In this document: positions 13,672 to 27,279 of the stretch, piece by piece
Position numbering within the stretch: position 1 is the stretch's first letter
Layout: each line of letters opens with the position of its first letter
Source: Balanoglossus misakiensis
Taxonomy: Eukaryota; Animalia; Hemichordata
Assembly (NCBI GenBank): GCA_040954595.2
Contig: CM082597.2
Span: 7,646,343 to 7,710,342 of the forward strand
Length of the DNA: 64,000 nucleotides
Reading direction: 5' to 3'
Notes under the pieces: model-generated
Databases searched by the model: none
What the model was told of the DNA's origin: nothing
The model's input: the letters and a program-made list of their open reading frames with translations, nothing else
Position numbers and translations under genes: made by a program

Positions 13672-14416
13672 ATAAAGGCCGACAATCGTCTTATGCGCAT
13701 GTGAGTAATTTTGTGTGTACAAACTTAACGTCCAAGAATCCACATTGTTCTGCAGATTTTGCGTTTGTCGCATTCAAATAGTGGACTGCCTTCGCTTCCT
13801 TCCACATTTCATGGGCACCGTATAAGTTAACTTTAGTTTTGTCTCTTCTTTTCATCCAATTTGCTGTCTTCTCCCGATCTCCTACACAGACTCTGGATGC
13901 CGCCATCTTGTCTGTTGTGAGGACAGCACACTGCCTTATGGCTTTGACTGTATACCATTTTTGTAAACAGAGTCCTGGTTTGGCACTACGCATAAGACAA
14001 TTTTCGTACATTATAAAACTTTTGCCTGCTAGCACTAGATTCTTTAAGACAAAAACAAACAGCATATGTTTATAAACTATTAGCTGCAATTTTGAGTTTG
14101 TCACATAAGTGGCATTATATGAGACCTGAACTGATGATCTGGACAAATAGCCGTAATATTTCGGCTTTCATTTCATCAAAATCACCACTGAGGGCGCTAT
14201 TTTGACCGGCAAAAAAATTCAATGGAGTTGCCTTCATGAAAATTTTCGGAAATGCACTAAACTTGTTCTTACTGTGTAGTTAATTGGATTTGGCTTATTA
14301 GGACAGCTACTGCCTTCATTGACTGTGTACAATTTTTGTAACCAGAGTCTCTGGTTTGGCATTTACGCATAAGACGATCAGAAGTCACAGTGTTTTAGGC
14401 GATCATTGCCCTTTAA
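13672..14416 (-). mobile_element. Probable Kolobok-like non-autonomous element carrying a short ORF remnant
   Basis: Imperfect termini (ATAAAGGCCGACAATCGTCTTA / TTAGGCGATCATTGCCCTTTAA). The internal ~50 bp at 13770-13820 recurs inside the TTAA element at 36640-36690. The minus-strand peptide KRRDKTKVNLYGAHEMWKEAK resembles small ORFs recalled from such elements. Confidence 0.4.
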
Positions 14417-14454
14417 ATGATGTCAGAAGTCAGTGTTTTTGCTAAGCATCCTGA

Positions 14455-15190
14455 TGGCACAGGAGGATGCAAACATTAAAGTTATAAATGATCTGCATTT
14501 TTCGCCCAATAAACAGTACTTGCTGAACAGTCTCTGTGCTTGTTTATTTTTCTGTGTTACCCCAACCTGTCCTTATCAGTTGCTAATCCAGAATACTAGC
14601 TATCGAATTTCCCATTAAGCACCTGCTAACGACTTAATCTGTGTGCCCCATCCACGGATTAAGTGGATTAAGTAAACATCGGTCAGTTCTCATACCCAGT
14701 ACTCAATCCTTCCTTGGCTCAAAAACTAAAATGGATTAAAAAACAGAAGCTACACACATTAGGATCTGATGAGGATAAGTTGTTTTAACCCTTTCTCCAC
14801 CATGGTTTGGTCTAATAACTCCATTGTTCTCCAATGGCAGTGTTGGACCTTTACACAGTGAAATGGTGGTGAAAGGGTTAAGGAAGTACTCTGAATTGTA
14901 GTAAAGAAAATCTGAAAACATATAGTGAAATTATTTATCAACATAACACTCAGCTATGAATTCATCATTCATCTAAGTGTGATAACATTGTTATACCCAG
15001 TACTCGCTGACCGATGTTTACTTTATCAACTTAATCATGGGGCACACAGATTTAGTCGTTAACAGGTGCTTAATTGGAAATAAGATAGCTTGTACTAGTA
15101 TTCTAGATTAGCAAATGATAAGACAGGTGGGGAAAATGCAGATCAGAACTCCGCCATTTATAACTTTAATGTTTGCAACCCCCTGTGCTA
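14455..15190. mobile_element. Foldback/MITE with ~200 bp diverged inverted arms (14455-14685 and 15006-15190)
   Basis: GCAAACATTAAAGTTATAAATG...TTAAGCACCTGCTAACGAC...TCTGTGTGCCCCAT...AGTAAACATCGGTCAG is mirrored by CTGACCGATGTTTACT...ATGGGGCACACAGA...GTCGTTAACAGGTGCTTAA...CATTTATAACTTTAATGTTTGC. Confidence 0.75.
14789..14877. mobile_element. piggyBac-like MITE (89 bp) nested in the foldback element
   Basis: TTAA-CCCTTTCTCCACCAT ... ATGGTGGTGAAAGGG-TTAA: 14/15 TIR match, TTAA target duplication, CCC/GGG termini. Confidence 0.8.
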
Positions 15191-16550
15191 ATGGAGAGTA
15201 TTATACCAATAGTGAAATGTGAATTTTTTCTTGAAGACAACATGGTGACACAATGTTTCAGCAGCTTTTGAAAGCATGGGGACATTGTGACCCGCAGCAG
15301 GTTAGAAAGAGGAACAAATCATATTTTCGAGGGACAATATATCAGGACAGGGTTCTCCCTAGGAAAAAATCATAGAGTCAGGGCTAATTTCCATAAAATT
15401 TCCATAATCATAGCTTCTTTTGGACATCACTCTGGCCACTAAACATCGATATAAATTATTATAATTGGGTGTCTGCAGTCTGCTTTCTAGTTATGCTGTC
15501 AGGCCTTGAGATTTCTGGTTTGCTCGCTTACCTGCCCATTCGATACACACTCTGAAAATGTACCTGCCCAGCTAGAGATATTACAGTCCCCCCTAATTGC
15601 CAGAGTGGAATCCCCCCCCCCCTTGTTTATGCCATCCTCGGTGAAACAGTCTGCCTGCTCATGCCAAGTTCACAAGTTTTCAGTGCGGGTTATCTTTTAT
15701 ATCCTAGTACCCGGTACATGTATGTAATTTTAGAAATTGGACATATCCTAAGACATCTCGGATTGTGTGTTAATTATGTACTGCAATTGGTGAAGAAATT
15801 TTATTGTGTATTGTTTTTGGGGCAAAAAGATCAACATTTAGGATCAGATTTATTGCTTTGATAATACTTATTTTTGTAATCATACCATTCATATTCTAAA
15901 CTAAGTTAAATAGTGCGAAGTATTTTAAAGTTTCTTTTATCAAGTTGGCATAAATCAGGGCAGGTGACGATGAAATTTACCTGCCTGTCCAATTATGACC
16001 AGCCCTGGGCCGCTGTTAATTTTATAAGCCTGTGCAGACGCACATACATTGGCATTACCTCCAACAAAAGTTGCTTCATCATTTGTTAAGTTTAGCTAAG
16101 TTGTTACAATGCGCGTTCGCTCAGTGCGTTGCTTGTGTTACTAGGCTATTGATGCTATTTATAGGACGCCTGTGTAAAGATAACTTGTGCACTGAATAAA
16201 ATGGCAGCGCACTGGTCTTGACAGCATGCAGGGCTGTGTTGCTTCTAGGGTGATTAAAGCTGTGCAAGGTGTGAAATCACTCAGTTGTGTTCACTAAATT
16301 ATCAAAAATTGAAAGGGAGTAACAAGTTCCAGTGAAAGCAAAGGTGGACGCAAAGCAAAAGTACGGGAGATGACAATCAGTCATATTGTTGCTCACTCAG
16401 TAAGAATGCGTCAAAGTGACCCATAAAGATTATTTTGTTGCGACAATCCAACATTTATTGCGTCAAATGTCGCAAGGCCGTGCGCTAGCTGAAAAAACTG
16501 GTGACAACTGACCGTGTTACTATAGCAACACTACAAAACATCAGATCATA

Positions 16551-16813
16551 TTAAAGCTGCAAGCAGCATTGAAGGGGCCCAAGCATAGAGATAATAACCA
16601 TTAGACTCCATTCAGGGTTGTACCATTCAAATGCGTAGGATGTATTTGCTCTGGATGTGGAGATGTGGGTAAGTAGGCAACCACCCGAAATGGATGTCCA
16701 AAAGTACGAACACAACAACCAAAAGTGAACTTCTACGTTATGTAAGTACTTCAGTAAGTACTTCAAAGGTCAGCTGAGGGTACCCCAAAAATTGGGCCAA
16801 AAATTTGGATTCC
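16551..16813 (+). mobile_element. Helentron/HINE-like non-autonomous element, 5' fragment (copy 1)
   Basis: TTAAAGCTGCAAGCAGCATTGAAGGGGCCCAAGC... is near-identical to the starts at 23032 and 27280; similarity stops after ~260 bp. Confidence 0.75.
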
Positions 16814-18550
16814 GAACCCTAACCCTCCGTATTCAGACTTGCCCAAAGTGAACTGCGACAAGAAAAATGATCACGTTTCCCTGCATGTTTCTTATACCCG
16901 ACAGATAAAAAACGCAGCGTAGATATTGAAATGAATTGGATTTATGAAAATGATAACAATTCCAATGATAATGTCGTTAAAATTTCTCACACAAAAAAGA
17001 AGTAGAAAAAAGTGGTCTTGAACCAACATCAGTTGACACCTTCAGGTAAAAGCATAGCCTTCATGAACGCTTCGCCATCACGATGTATACTCGAAAAAGT
17101 CGGAAATTTACAAATATATTGTACATTAAAGTGGAATTGAGATATACAGGCGAAGCATCATCTATCTATAGCGTGTCTTACAGATGTACGTACTTGTCAC
17201 TCGTGTCCACGTCGTAAATCAAGAGGCGTGAGCTCTTATCCCACTCGCCGGGTAAACTGGAATGCGATGTTCTTGAAGGACAGAATTTATACGGTGTTGT
17301 GATTTTATTTTCGAAGACCGGGGTCAACGAGGTGTGGCAATTATTTAAATCCACATGTACACACATTGTATTTCTTCGAACTTTTGAAGACTAAGCCATC
17401 TGTCAGGGCATTGGTATTGAATTTCCCCACACGTTCAAATCCATATCTGATCAACACCAGATGTAGGGTACGGCGACGTCTTTTGCTTGCGCGGTATGGT
17501 ATTATTGTTCTATTTACACAAGAATCAGAACTAGAAGTATTATTCTCGAAACAACTTAAAGATGTTTTACATGCGTGCATGAAAGTCATTACAAACACCG
17601 GCTCCTTTTTGAGGGTGTTATTCACCCACCTGTTGCACTGTCATTCATTGTGAAACCAAGATGACATATCGTTTCGGACACCGCACTCTCAATGCAAGTA
17701 ATTTGCTTCCAAAATTATGCAGGAAACACTTGAACGGTTTTATTTTCAGAAATATTGGCTGTTTCTTTCTAAAAAGTGAATGCCTACATTTAGATGGTGC
17801 AAGACAGATGTGACAACAGGTGCCTATAGGACCTCGTGGCACTTTTATGTTTTGCTCATTTGAAAAAATCATCTCAAAGCAAATCTGAAAAAATGAACAG
17901 ACTAACGGTGCCTTAATCGATGTAGAAGATAATTTATTGCAACAGCTGGGAACCGCTAGTATGCCCCAAGCGTAATCTAGATTTCCAAACTGCGTTGCAG
18001 TAATGCACATTCAAAAGAAGAATTCTTATACATATTCATGTGGTCTATTTTCAGTGACGGTAAAATGCAACCACCTGTTACGATATATTCCGTACCAGTT
18101 GAAGAAAGAGCGGTGACTTCAAAGTTGTGACCGGTCAGGTTTTGCTGTTCACTCTCAGCACTCTCCCGTGCACTCGTCCCGTATGTGATTCTGATACTGT
18201 TTGTATGTCTACGTCATGGCCAGACTCCCTGTTACTGCTGCTGTTACTGCTATTTGCTTTCCACTGCTAAACACAGTACATGTAAACGTTTGCAGCGCAG
18301 CGTACCGTAGTGTAGTGTGGTGTAGTGTGGTGATCGCCAATCTTCGCAACGCTTACAATTTACACGAAAACGTCGCAAATAAAGGACTAGAAACGATTAT
18401 TAATTCAATTTAACATGATATTTTAATTTTATTCAAAGTTAATATTACTCACAAATACTCTTTCTCTATTAGTGAAAATGTTTATATTGAATTCAATGTG
18501 GTCGCAAGCTGTCGGTTCCATGAATGGCAAAACTCATAAACCATGTTTCT

Positions 18551-21500
18551 CTAACTCGTAGATTTGTTTCCTCCTGCTTTGGTAGCGTCCTCAGCTTTCT
18601 TCTTTTTATATTTCCTTCTCAGGAATGCTATCAATGACGCTGCGATCACGGCAACCACACTAATTCCGATAATAGTCAGAGAGTTTAAAGTGCCTGTAAA
18701 AAAGTAACGGATTAGCTCAGGACATTCGATTCCCCAGAACACAGGTTTTCGGAAAAGACATAAAGACATGCAACGTAATGTAAAGGGCGCAGATGAACAA
18801 AAATCATTCGAGGGATTTTACTCAGCGAATTTCTTACGTGTGTGGCAGTTTTGAGTCATTTTCCTGGCGATGAATAAATATCAAACATGGTGGATATTAG
18901 GATCCACGACACAAAAGTAAAAAGAAATCACCAAAAATCGCCCGTACACGAGAGAAAATTGCTGAGCAAAATTCACCCTTTTTATTCAAAATTCCCTCGT
19001 GTGCGGCGGCCTTGCACGATGTTTGAGTCACGTTGGATCGAATAATGCATGATGTGAAATACTGGCAGTGAGCAATAAAACGTCCTGAATGCTTAACAGG
19101 TGTACGCATTTGTTCGTAGAGAGCTGCCAGTGGCGATATCTTGTTTACTGAATAAGAGCGATACAACGTAGCTTCCAATATTAGCTATCATACCAGACTT
19201 TGAGGCTTGTCCCGGTATCAGCATGCTGTCGTTTTTGGATTGATGGGTAAATGTGCCTCTGATATCTGTTGAATCTGGCGTCGATCGGTTGATAGCTTTG
19301 TCGCTGTAATCATCATCTCGAGCAGAAATTGTTGTCTTGTCTTGGGAAAAACAGAATCAACAGAAAATGAATTAAAACAAACACGCTTTACAATTTACCC
19401 TAGACCTCTAACTGTATGCGCTTAATCGCCATGTTTCCTATATATTTTTTTTTGGGGGGGGGGGGGGTGACGCAATCGATTTTATATAAGCACACGGAGT
19501 TTCAAGGCACCTTGCATTACATAAATTTAATACACTGTACATTAACACCATCACCGAATAAATTCATATCACTACAATACAAGATCCACGAAGGTCTCCG
19601 ACGATTCGGAACCGTATATCACATTAACTCTATCATTATACAACAAGGTTGCCATGAAAAGTGCACCGACATATTCATACGTGCCTCTATCAACAGTCTT
19701 GCCAGTGTAGACTGCACTCCCGTCGCTTCCAACTGCCAGTAGATCTGCTGTCGGCGCATGAGTGACAATTGAAGTGAGGACTGGATTGTCGACCGTAGTT
19801 GGCGCTATGAGAAGAATGTGAAAATAGAGATGTATGTATAGCGTTGTGACCGAGGGCCTACGTACCTACATATACAATAAGGTACAACATTTTTCTAAGC
19901 CTGGCTTACGTATATGACTTTATCTTTCTCAAAGCATAATTAACATGAACACACGTTATTCATGACGCAGTCTGTTTCCTGAGGGACTGTGTCAATGAGA
20001 AAACAAGTTTTGAGTATATGTTTTTTTCCACATGTGAAAACGCAAGAAGTTGAAGGAAGATAGTGGTACAAGATTGGCAGGAATGTAAGCTTCAGTCAGA
20101 GTCATTCAAACACCCAGCCAGCCGCCCACCAGCGCTAGCCGCCCCTACGCAACATTCTAAAATACGATGAAAATTATCTGACAGTGGTAAGGTGAGATAT
20201 AACAACGAACATGAATTCTCTGTGTCTGAGCCACCAGTGCTTGCTTCGGATACGAAACGAAAACTGTCGTCAGAACCTGTGAATTTGAAATAAACATACA
20301 ATAAAATAAAAGTCAGGGATGCAACAAAGTGGGATAACAAATTCTGAAGGGTACCCCTGTCGAGTGACAGCCTCTGGGTGAAGGCTAGAGCCAACTGTTG
20401 AACCGACATCAAGTTTCACGAAACAAAGTCACTTGCTGGACATGCAGGCATGAACCACAACTAAACGAAAATCTCTCGAACTATATATTTAGTATTGGGG
20501 CAGGGCATACATTCGCCTTCAAATCTAGAGGCACTACTGTCTGTATCTGCGCCAGTTCCTGACGAATACAAGGAGACGAAAGGCTTAGTAACTCTAGGAA
20601 CTCTCTAAGATTGTCAAAATGAATAAAAAATGAAACACTTAATTGAATCAACAGTTATTGTAAATATTGAGATCTGGTTCAATCGTGATATTTTCTATAA
20701 CTTAGATTGTGCATACCTCCGCTTTCAAATTCAGTGCCATTGCTATCTGCCTCGCGCTCTGTACCTGTATAAATGAACGAAACGCATGACTCGTTGATTG
20801 AAGTAAAATAAGAGCTTGGACATATCAAAGGGAAATGAACTAAAAATAAATAATAAATAGACGATAGAGAAAGTCAATCAGACAACAATGGTAACACCCA
20901 TACGAAATTGACTCCCATTAACACCTAACTTTACACCACATGCTCTTAACAAAGATGTTCTGAGTGCACCTGGAATCGAAACTGAATTGGCCAATCAGCA
21001 TGCTGATACGGGTTGCGTCAAAACTGCAGAAATTGAAGACGATATTACGAATATTGACACATGTGGCGCTAACATACATAACACCACCAATAATGGCAGT
21101 GGTGACGTCACCGATTCCAGTGACGCCAACGGAATCGTGATATAAAATTATAATAAAATACTGACGTAGACCAAATAATAAATTGAACCTTGTGATGAAT
21201 TGGCAGGGCCAATGCCTGGATTAACGGTAACAGCTACAGACTTTATAGGCGATGTCTGTGATTCTACCACATGGATTGCATACGATGTTGAGCCGGTCAG
21301 TAATGTGAAATCGCAGTACTTTTTACCCATAGCGTCTGTTGCAACTTTATCCCAGAAAGGTTCTTGAAATTTCGCGAGAACGATTCCGTCGCCTTCCAAC
21401 GTCAATCCGTACAGCGATGACTTGGTCGGTGACAGCGCCACTTTTATGACCCCATAACTGTGTTGTACTGGCCCTACCCAGGATGACTGTTGACTTGACC

Positions 21501-24500
21501 AGAGGTATAAACTGTTGTCTGTACCGACGCTGACCAGTAAATCCTCAGCACCGACGGCCACGCCTATCGCGCAGCATGAAGTTGAAATTGCCTCCGTCCA
21601 TTGGCCACTTATTCTTGATTTCAATTTGCCCTCTGTATCCAAGGCGATTAAATCCCCAGTACTCAAGACTTCGACATCAGTGATCGGTTCAGTGTCCAAA
21701 AGATTCATATTGTCTCGCAATTCATTTCCCGAGTACAGTTGATTGTCCGTTCCCACGAACAGAAATGGTTGTTCTACGAAAAAATTCCGATTTCAACACT
21801 GTTAGTATACTAGTATTCGCACACAACGTAGATAAATAAATAAATAAATAAATATATTGATTAATTAATTAATTAATTAATAAACTGCGACATCAGTGAT
21901 CGGTTCAGTGTCTTCGAGATTCATGGGATCTTCTGCTTGGCCACCCGTACACGAGTACAGTTTATTGTCAACCCCCACCAACAGAACAGATAATACTGGA
22001 ATGAACGAACGGGAGAAATGGGTGTGGCAGTCAAGAAGTTAGTGTTAATCAACAGTGAACTTGTCGGTAGACATTTGTGAATTTGGTTTTGTATTGTAAA
22101 TTTCATATCATTCTGATGTGGCACTTTTTCTCACCTGCTGTGTCTGTACTCCCTTTGGTGGTCAGATTCCCAGCACAGATCGCCAGGTAGGAGTTACCCA
22201 CGTACAGAGGAACACCTGCAGGCTCTTCATCCGGCCTGAATATGAATGTGAAGTCGGCGAGAGGAGGACCATCATCAGCCACATGTGAATCCACCCACAC
22301 AAAAGGATATTGAAACTCTGCCATCAGGATGGTGTGCCTGTCACTGGACAGGGCGAATATCATAAAATTCGCCACGACAACAGTAAGCACCCCTCCGCTG
22401 TTTACTGGTGTTTGCCAAACGCCTGATAACGACTGCCTCGTAACCAACATGTTGTCTTCGTTAACACCGAGAACTAATTCATCCCTTGAATTGAACCAAG
22501 CCGCACTTATTACACAGCAGCTGTTGGGAATAATTTGCCACCCGGGTGTCGACATGGATTCTTTCGTCTGTAGCTCATTTGCTTCGCTCACTCCGAGCAG
22601 CACGCCGTCGCCGATATCGACGTCTTTCGTTGAAGCGGTGCCGGGAATCGGGCCGGACGTCAACTTTATCCCTCCCGTGGAACTCACAGTTACCAGTTCC
22701 AAGGAAGCAGTAACTAAGACGAAGTAAAAATCTTGGGGCGCGTCTGAAACATCTCGTGTTTTTCTGTGATCAAAGTGTTTTGCGTGTAGCACCGTGGTTT
22801 CACCGGCTTCTGAAATAAACGTGGAACAAACACCATTTTACCCGTGTAAATTGGTCGCCAAGTTATATTCCTGGCACGCTCGACATATGTGAACGACAAC
22901 AAAACACGGTAACGGAATACAGTCATTGGTGCAAGTGTAACCACTGTGCAGCTAAATCGAACATTTTCACTTTGACAATCGCTTTGACAAAGGTGCACCG
23001 TCATATGGTCATCAGGAGACATCGATTGTAATTAAAGCTGCAAGCAGCATTGAATGGGCCCAAGCATAGGGATAATAACCATTAGACTCTATTCAGGGTT
23101 GTACCATTCAAATGTGTAGGCTGTATTTGCTCTGGATGTGGAGATATGGGGAAGTAGGCAACCACCCGAAATGGATGTCCTACAAGTACAAACACAACAA
23201 CCAAAAGTGAACTTCTACGATATGTAAGTACTTCAGTAAGTACTTCAAAGGTCAGCTGAGGGTACCCAAAAATTTGGCCAAAAATTTGGATTCCTATTTG
23301 GTTCATATTCAAGACAACGGAAAATCCTCGCCCTTTGGGTTTGTCAAATTAGATATGGCCACAATAATGAGTTACGCAAGTAAGTTACAGGTGGCCCCAG
23401 GAATTTAGCATTTCATGACGGTCCTACCCTACCCCTCCAAACACCTGACTATATATGATGTGCATGCTAACATATGTAAAGCAGATCAATGGACACCTGA
23501 GGTCACCCCAAAATTTGACAAAAAAATTTCATTCCTGTTTATGTCATGTGCAACAAATCCTACATTTGCAGCCCTTTTACTTTGCCTACCATTAGGTATG
23601 CACGTAATATATGAATCAAGCAGGTGTCACATGTATCCCCCTGTATTTGGCATTTCATGATAGTTTCATCCCTCCAAATACCAAAGCTGCACCTGTACAA
23701 CGTGCTGAGATATGGCACTGTACGACAGAGGTCATCCAAATCACCTTATACATTTGGGCAAAAACCAACTGACACTTATATTCGTCCCTGTGGAACAAAA
23801 ACCACACTTATCGCCCTGTTGATTAGTGTCCAAGTAAATGTACAAAACCAATGACTTAGGCAGGTGCAACAGGTGACCCTGTCTTTGGTATATCATTATA
23901 GTCCCATCCGTATATGCCCCCAAGCCAAAGCTGCATGCATCTGCTGTTATTCACTAAGCAAAAGTAGGTGAAATGTCACATAAGGTCGCCCACAACTTGA
24001 CAGGAAAATCGGACTTCATATTGATCCATGTGCAACAAATACCACACCAGCATCCCTTTCATTGACCCAACAATTACGCATGCACATAATTATTGAGTTA
24101 CGCAGGAGTCACAGGTGAACCCCGAATCGGGCGTATTATTTTGGTCCCATACAGCTGCATGTAGCTGCGTGCCGTTACGGGCGACCTGATAACCCCCACG
24201 GCCATCTGCGGGCCGACCCCCATACTGAATGTCCAGTTGCAACGTCACGACTGAAGTAGGAACTTTTGAACGGCAACGAAGCCTGATCTCTGATTATTGC
24301 TGGTACCATACTCCCTTCGTGCAAGAAGATCACTGGTCTGCTTACGTATTTCGGCCAATTTCCCCACTACTATCCACTACATGTGACTACCATGCTACTG
24401 AAACCTCCCACAACATTAGCGACTTAGGGTCAATGTCCACTGCCACAATGTTAACCAGTGTAGGCGGGTCTGCGTAGACACATTTGAACGGCAACAGCTA

Positions 24501-25541
24501 ACTAACTCAGCGTAATTCAATAAAACGCCCTAACACAGCCTGAACTCCGATTATGTGTTGTCCCAAAATTCATTCCGTGGAAAATTATCACTGGTCTGTT
24601 TACGTATTTCAGCCGATTTTCCAAGGACTGCTGCAACCCGTGAGTACCCTGCTATTAATGAGACCTCCACAACATTACGTAATGACGGTCAAAGTCCGAT
24701 GCTCCAGTGTTCGTCCTCAGCCCACCAAAAAATGCGAAAAATATTACAAAAAACTTCTTCTCAAAATCGACGTGGCCTAGGACCTTGAAATTTGGCACAG
24801 GGGATTTTGGCCACATGGTCTGCAAAAATCGCGAAAAGAATGTACATGCCCCCATTAACGGGCAAATTAGGTCAATTTGAAAATTTCGCTTGATTATAGC
24901 CACCAAGTCACGTGACTAATTACAAATTCAAAGGGCAGGTGCACCAGTACTCACGGGCCCCAACCACCGTGCCAAGTATCATAAGCACAGAGGCAAGGGT
25001 TTCAGAGAAAAGTACGGCCGAAAAAAAAGACTCAAGAAAAAAGAAGAAAAACTGCAGCAATAACAGGAGGGGCCCAAGCGCCCTCAGGCCCTCAGGCGCT
25101 TTGGCCCCTAATTATATATGACCAAAACAACTTCAATAACACAATCACACATATAATGGCTCTTCGTGTGAAAAAATCACTAGCTTTACAAATCAACTAC
25201 AGTACATGCAATCACGGTGTGCGTACATTCTTGTTAATGAACATTCACGACCTGTCCCCTCATATGTCGGCCTAATCGTTAGCCACATGGTGGCAGAACT
25301 GTGAATACCAAATAGAGATTTATAAATATCACCGTCAACAACATCGAACCTTTATACAAAAATGCCGAGTCGGATATTTACCGTGGCACTCGGCGATATC
25401 GCAAAGTAACGTTTAACTTGCAAGTAATCGAATGAAAACAAAGCCAACCGTACCATTCCATCGTTCTCCATTTCTTGTCTCTGCCACATCAGCGACCATT
25501 ACCATCAAAACGCAGACATAAATTCTCACAATCGTTGACAT
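18551..25541 (-). CDS. Type I membrane protein with two tectonin/tachylectin-like beta-propeller repeat blocks, Ser/Thr-rich stalk, TM helix and short basic tail (~639 aa)
   Basis: Manual exon model, all phase 1: 25541-25454 (signal MSTIVRIYVCVLMVMVADVAET), 22809-22135, 21773-21189, 20764-20717, 20558-20511, 20276-20211, 19804-19685 (GC donor), 19340-19194, 18693-18551 (TM LTIIGISVVAVIAASLIAFL + RRKYKKKK). Large exons carry LLGVxxxNxL...W...NSCCV repeats. The stalk exons and the donor at 21189 are less certain. Confidence 0.75.
21883..21995 (-). pseudogene. Truncated duplicate of the start of the second propeller exon
   Basis: Has its own acceptor (ttcattccag|), then LSVLLVGVDNKLYSCTGGQAEDPMNLEDTEPITDVAV versus QPFLFVGTDNQLYSGNELRDNMNLLDTEPITDVEV in the next exon. 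Ends in a (TAAT)n/(AAAT)n run with no donor. Confidence 0.7.
23032..25111 (+). mobile_element. Helentron/HINE-like non-autonomous element, apparently full length (copy 2)
   Basis: Starts at TT. The motif GGGCCCAAGC occurs near both ends. A 3' hairpin GGGGCCCAAGCGCC-loop-GGCGCTTTGGCCCC (25069-25108) is followed by TAATT. No TSD and no coding capacity. It lies in an intron of the minus-strand propeller gene. Confidence 0.75.
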
Positions 25542-27279
25542 GACTGCACTGATTGGGTTTTTGGTCATGGGTTACAAGTAAAACCTGTAAGAGAATACGC
25601 GGAAACACATAACAATCAGTTTGAAGAACGTATTGGCCTCTTGCATTGTGACATGAGCGAATCGCAGTACTAGTAATTCTAAAGATGTGTCAAAGTCTTG
25701 CAGAAAAACAGAAAGACACTGGTGATACGCACCTTGTTCGAGCATTTGGTGAAATGACGCCCCGCGTATGGCGATATCATCTCCAGATTTTAGGCGCTGC
25801 GGGCAGTTGAGTGTACCGTAACAGGTTTAATGCCTGTCAACGCTTTTTATCTATAGTTTTAAATTTCACACCGAGGGAGTGTCTTGGACGATAATGTATT
25901 TTGCTCACGGTCAGTTTTTTCTCATGCAACTTTAGATTATTCTCTCTTAAAATTGATAGTTAAATTTTGGGCGTTACCGTGAATTATTTTGAATGCGAGA
26001 GCAAAAATGTTCACAGATCTGAAATTCAAAAGAGTCGCAACGCTGTATATTAATTTTATGGAGAAATGTCAATTTGGGATTTTTTTTAATTAAAAAATGA
26101 GACGGTGAACACCAAGTTTAGCTTAACTCAAATTTCTGCAAAGTGCCTAGCTTCCTACAAAACAGAAGACGATATCCATTGGTCTATTATGTTAAAATAC
26201 ACGAATTATTTTTCTGCCACGTTAGCGAATTCTAGCTGCAGATGTATTATTTTAATACGTGAAGTGTAGATTTTAGGTATACAGTTACATGTATCTGAAT
26301 CAGTAATGAAATGCCCAGTTCAAGCCTAAAGGTAAACATCTGCTACTGTAGAGTGCACAAGATAATTAAGAAGGGCGTGTTCGAAGTTACTTGCGCGTTT
26401 GCCCAGTTTGCACATGTAAAAATCTTACGCTATGTCTATGTTTTTGTAAAGTTCAGCGAATTTCAGTGTGTATGGGGACTATCCATCCGGCCGCGCTTCA
26501 AAACCCCGGAAGGTGCACGTCACCGTGACAGTCGCCTATGCAAATTTAGCCATAGTCTTGAATAAATTTTCTCGCTGGGAAAAAATATCAAACACGTTGC
26601 ATATTTTTGCCCAACGACACAATAGAAAAACAAATAAAAAGAAATTTAAAATCATCCGAACACGAGGGGAAATTTGCTTAGCAAAATGTTTGCGAATAAT
26701 TTTTGCAGCATGTGCGATAACCTTTGGTTCAAACAATTGTCAGTGACGTCATTAAAACCTCCAACACTATCCGAAACGTCATATTTCTCCTAGTACATCC
26801 CTATTTGCCGTACTAGCAGTTGGTGGCGACATTAAAAAATTCCTATCAGAAAGAACTGAGTCACATTTCGTTGACCTTTCCGAACTTTTGACCAGCAGGT
26901 GCAAACTGTCTTGCAATGTACGCGTTTTTAATATATATTTAAATTTGATGACTAGACAAGCGTTTTCAATCAACTAGGTCACCAACAGAGTTCAGCTAAT
27001 TAATTCAGACCCCGACAATTCTGGTTGGTCAATACAATCCACACGCTGAAGCTGGTAGACAGCGGGCCTTATGATTGGTCAATTACGCTCTCTACTCTTG
27101 GAACAGGTGTGGCAACGTGAGACGCTCAGCGCTCCAGACAATTTACGTTGACCCGGCCTGGGCGTTGACCTATAACATTTGTTCGCATCTCTGTGTTTCT
27201 AAACCACGCTATTGATTCCGGCTTCAGCCCACGAGAGAAGGTGCACCGTCATATGGTCATCAGGAGACATCGATTGTAA

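Noticed and set aside
15500-16032. hAT-like MITE (CAGGCCTTGAGATTT...AATTTTATAAGCCTG)
   Set aside because: The TIR is weak and there is no 8-bp target duplication.
20970-21023. Possible extra 54-nt exon of the propeller gene
   Set aside because: It contains a TGA in the phase-1 frame used by all other exons, so it was left out of the model.
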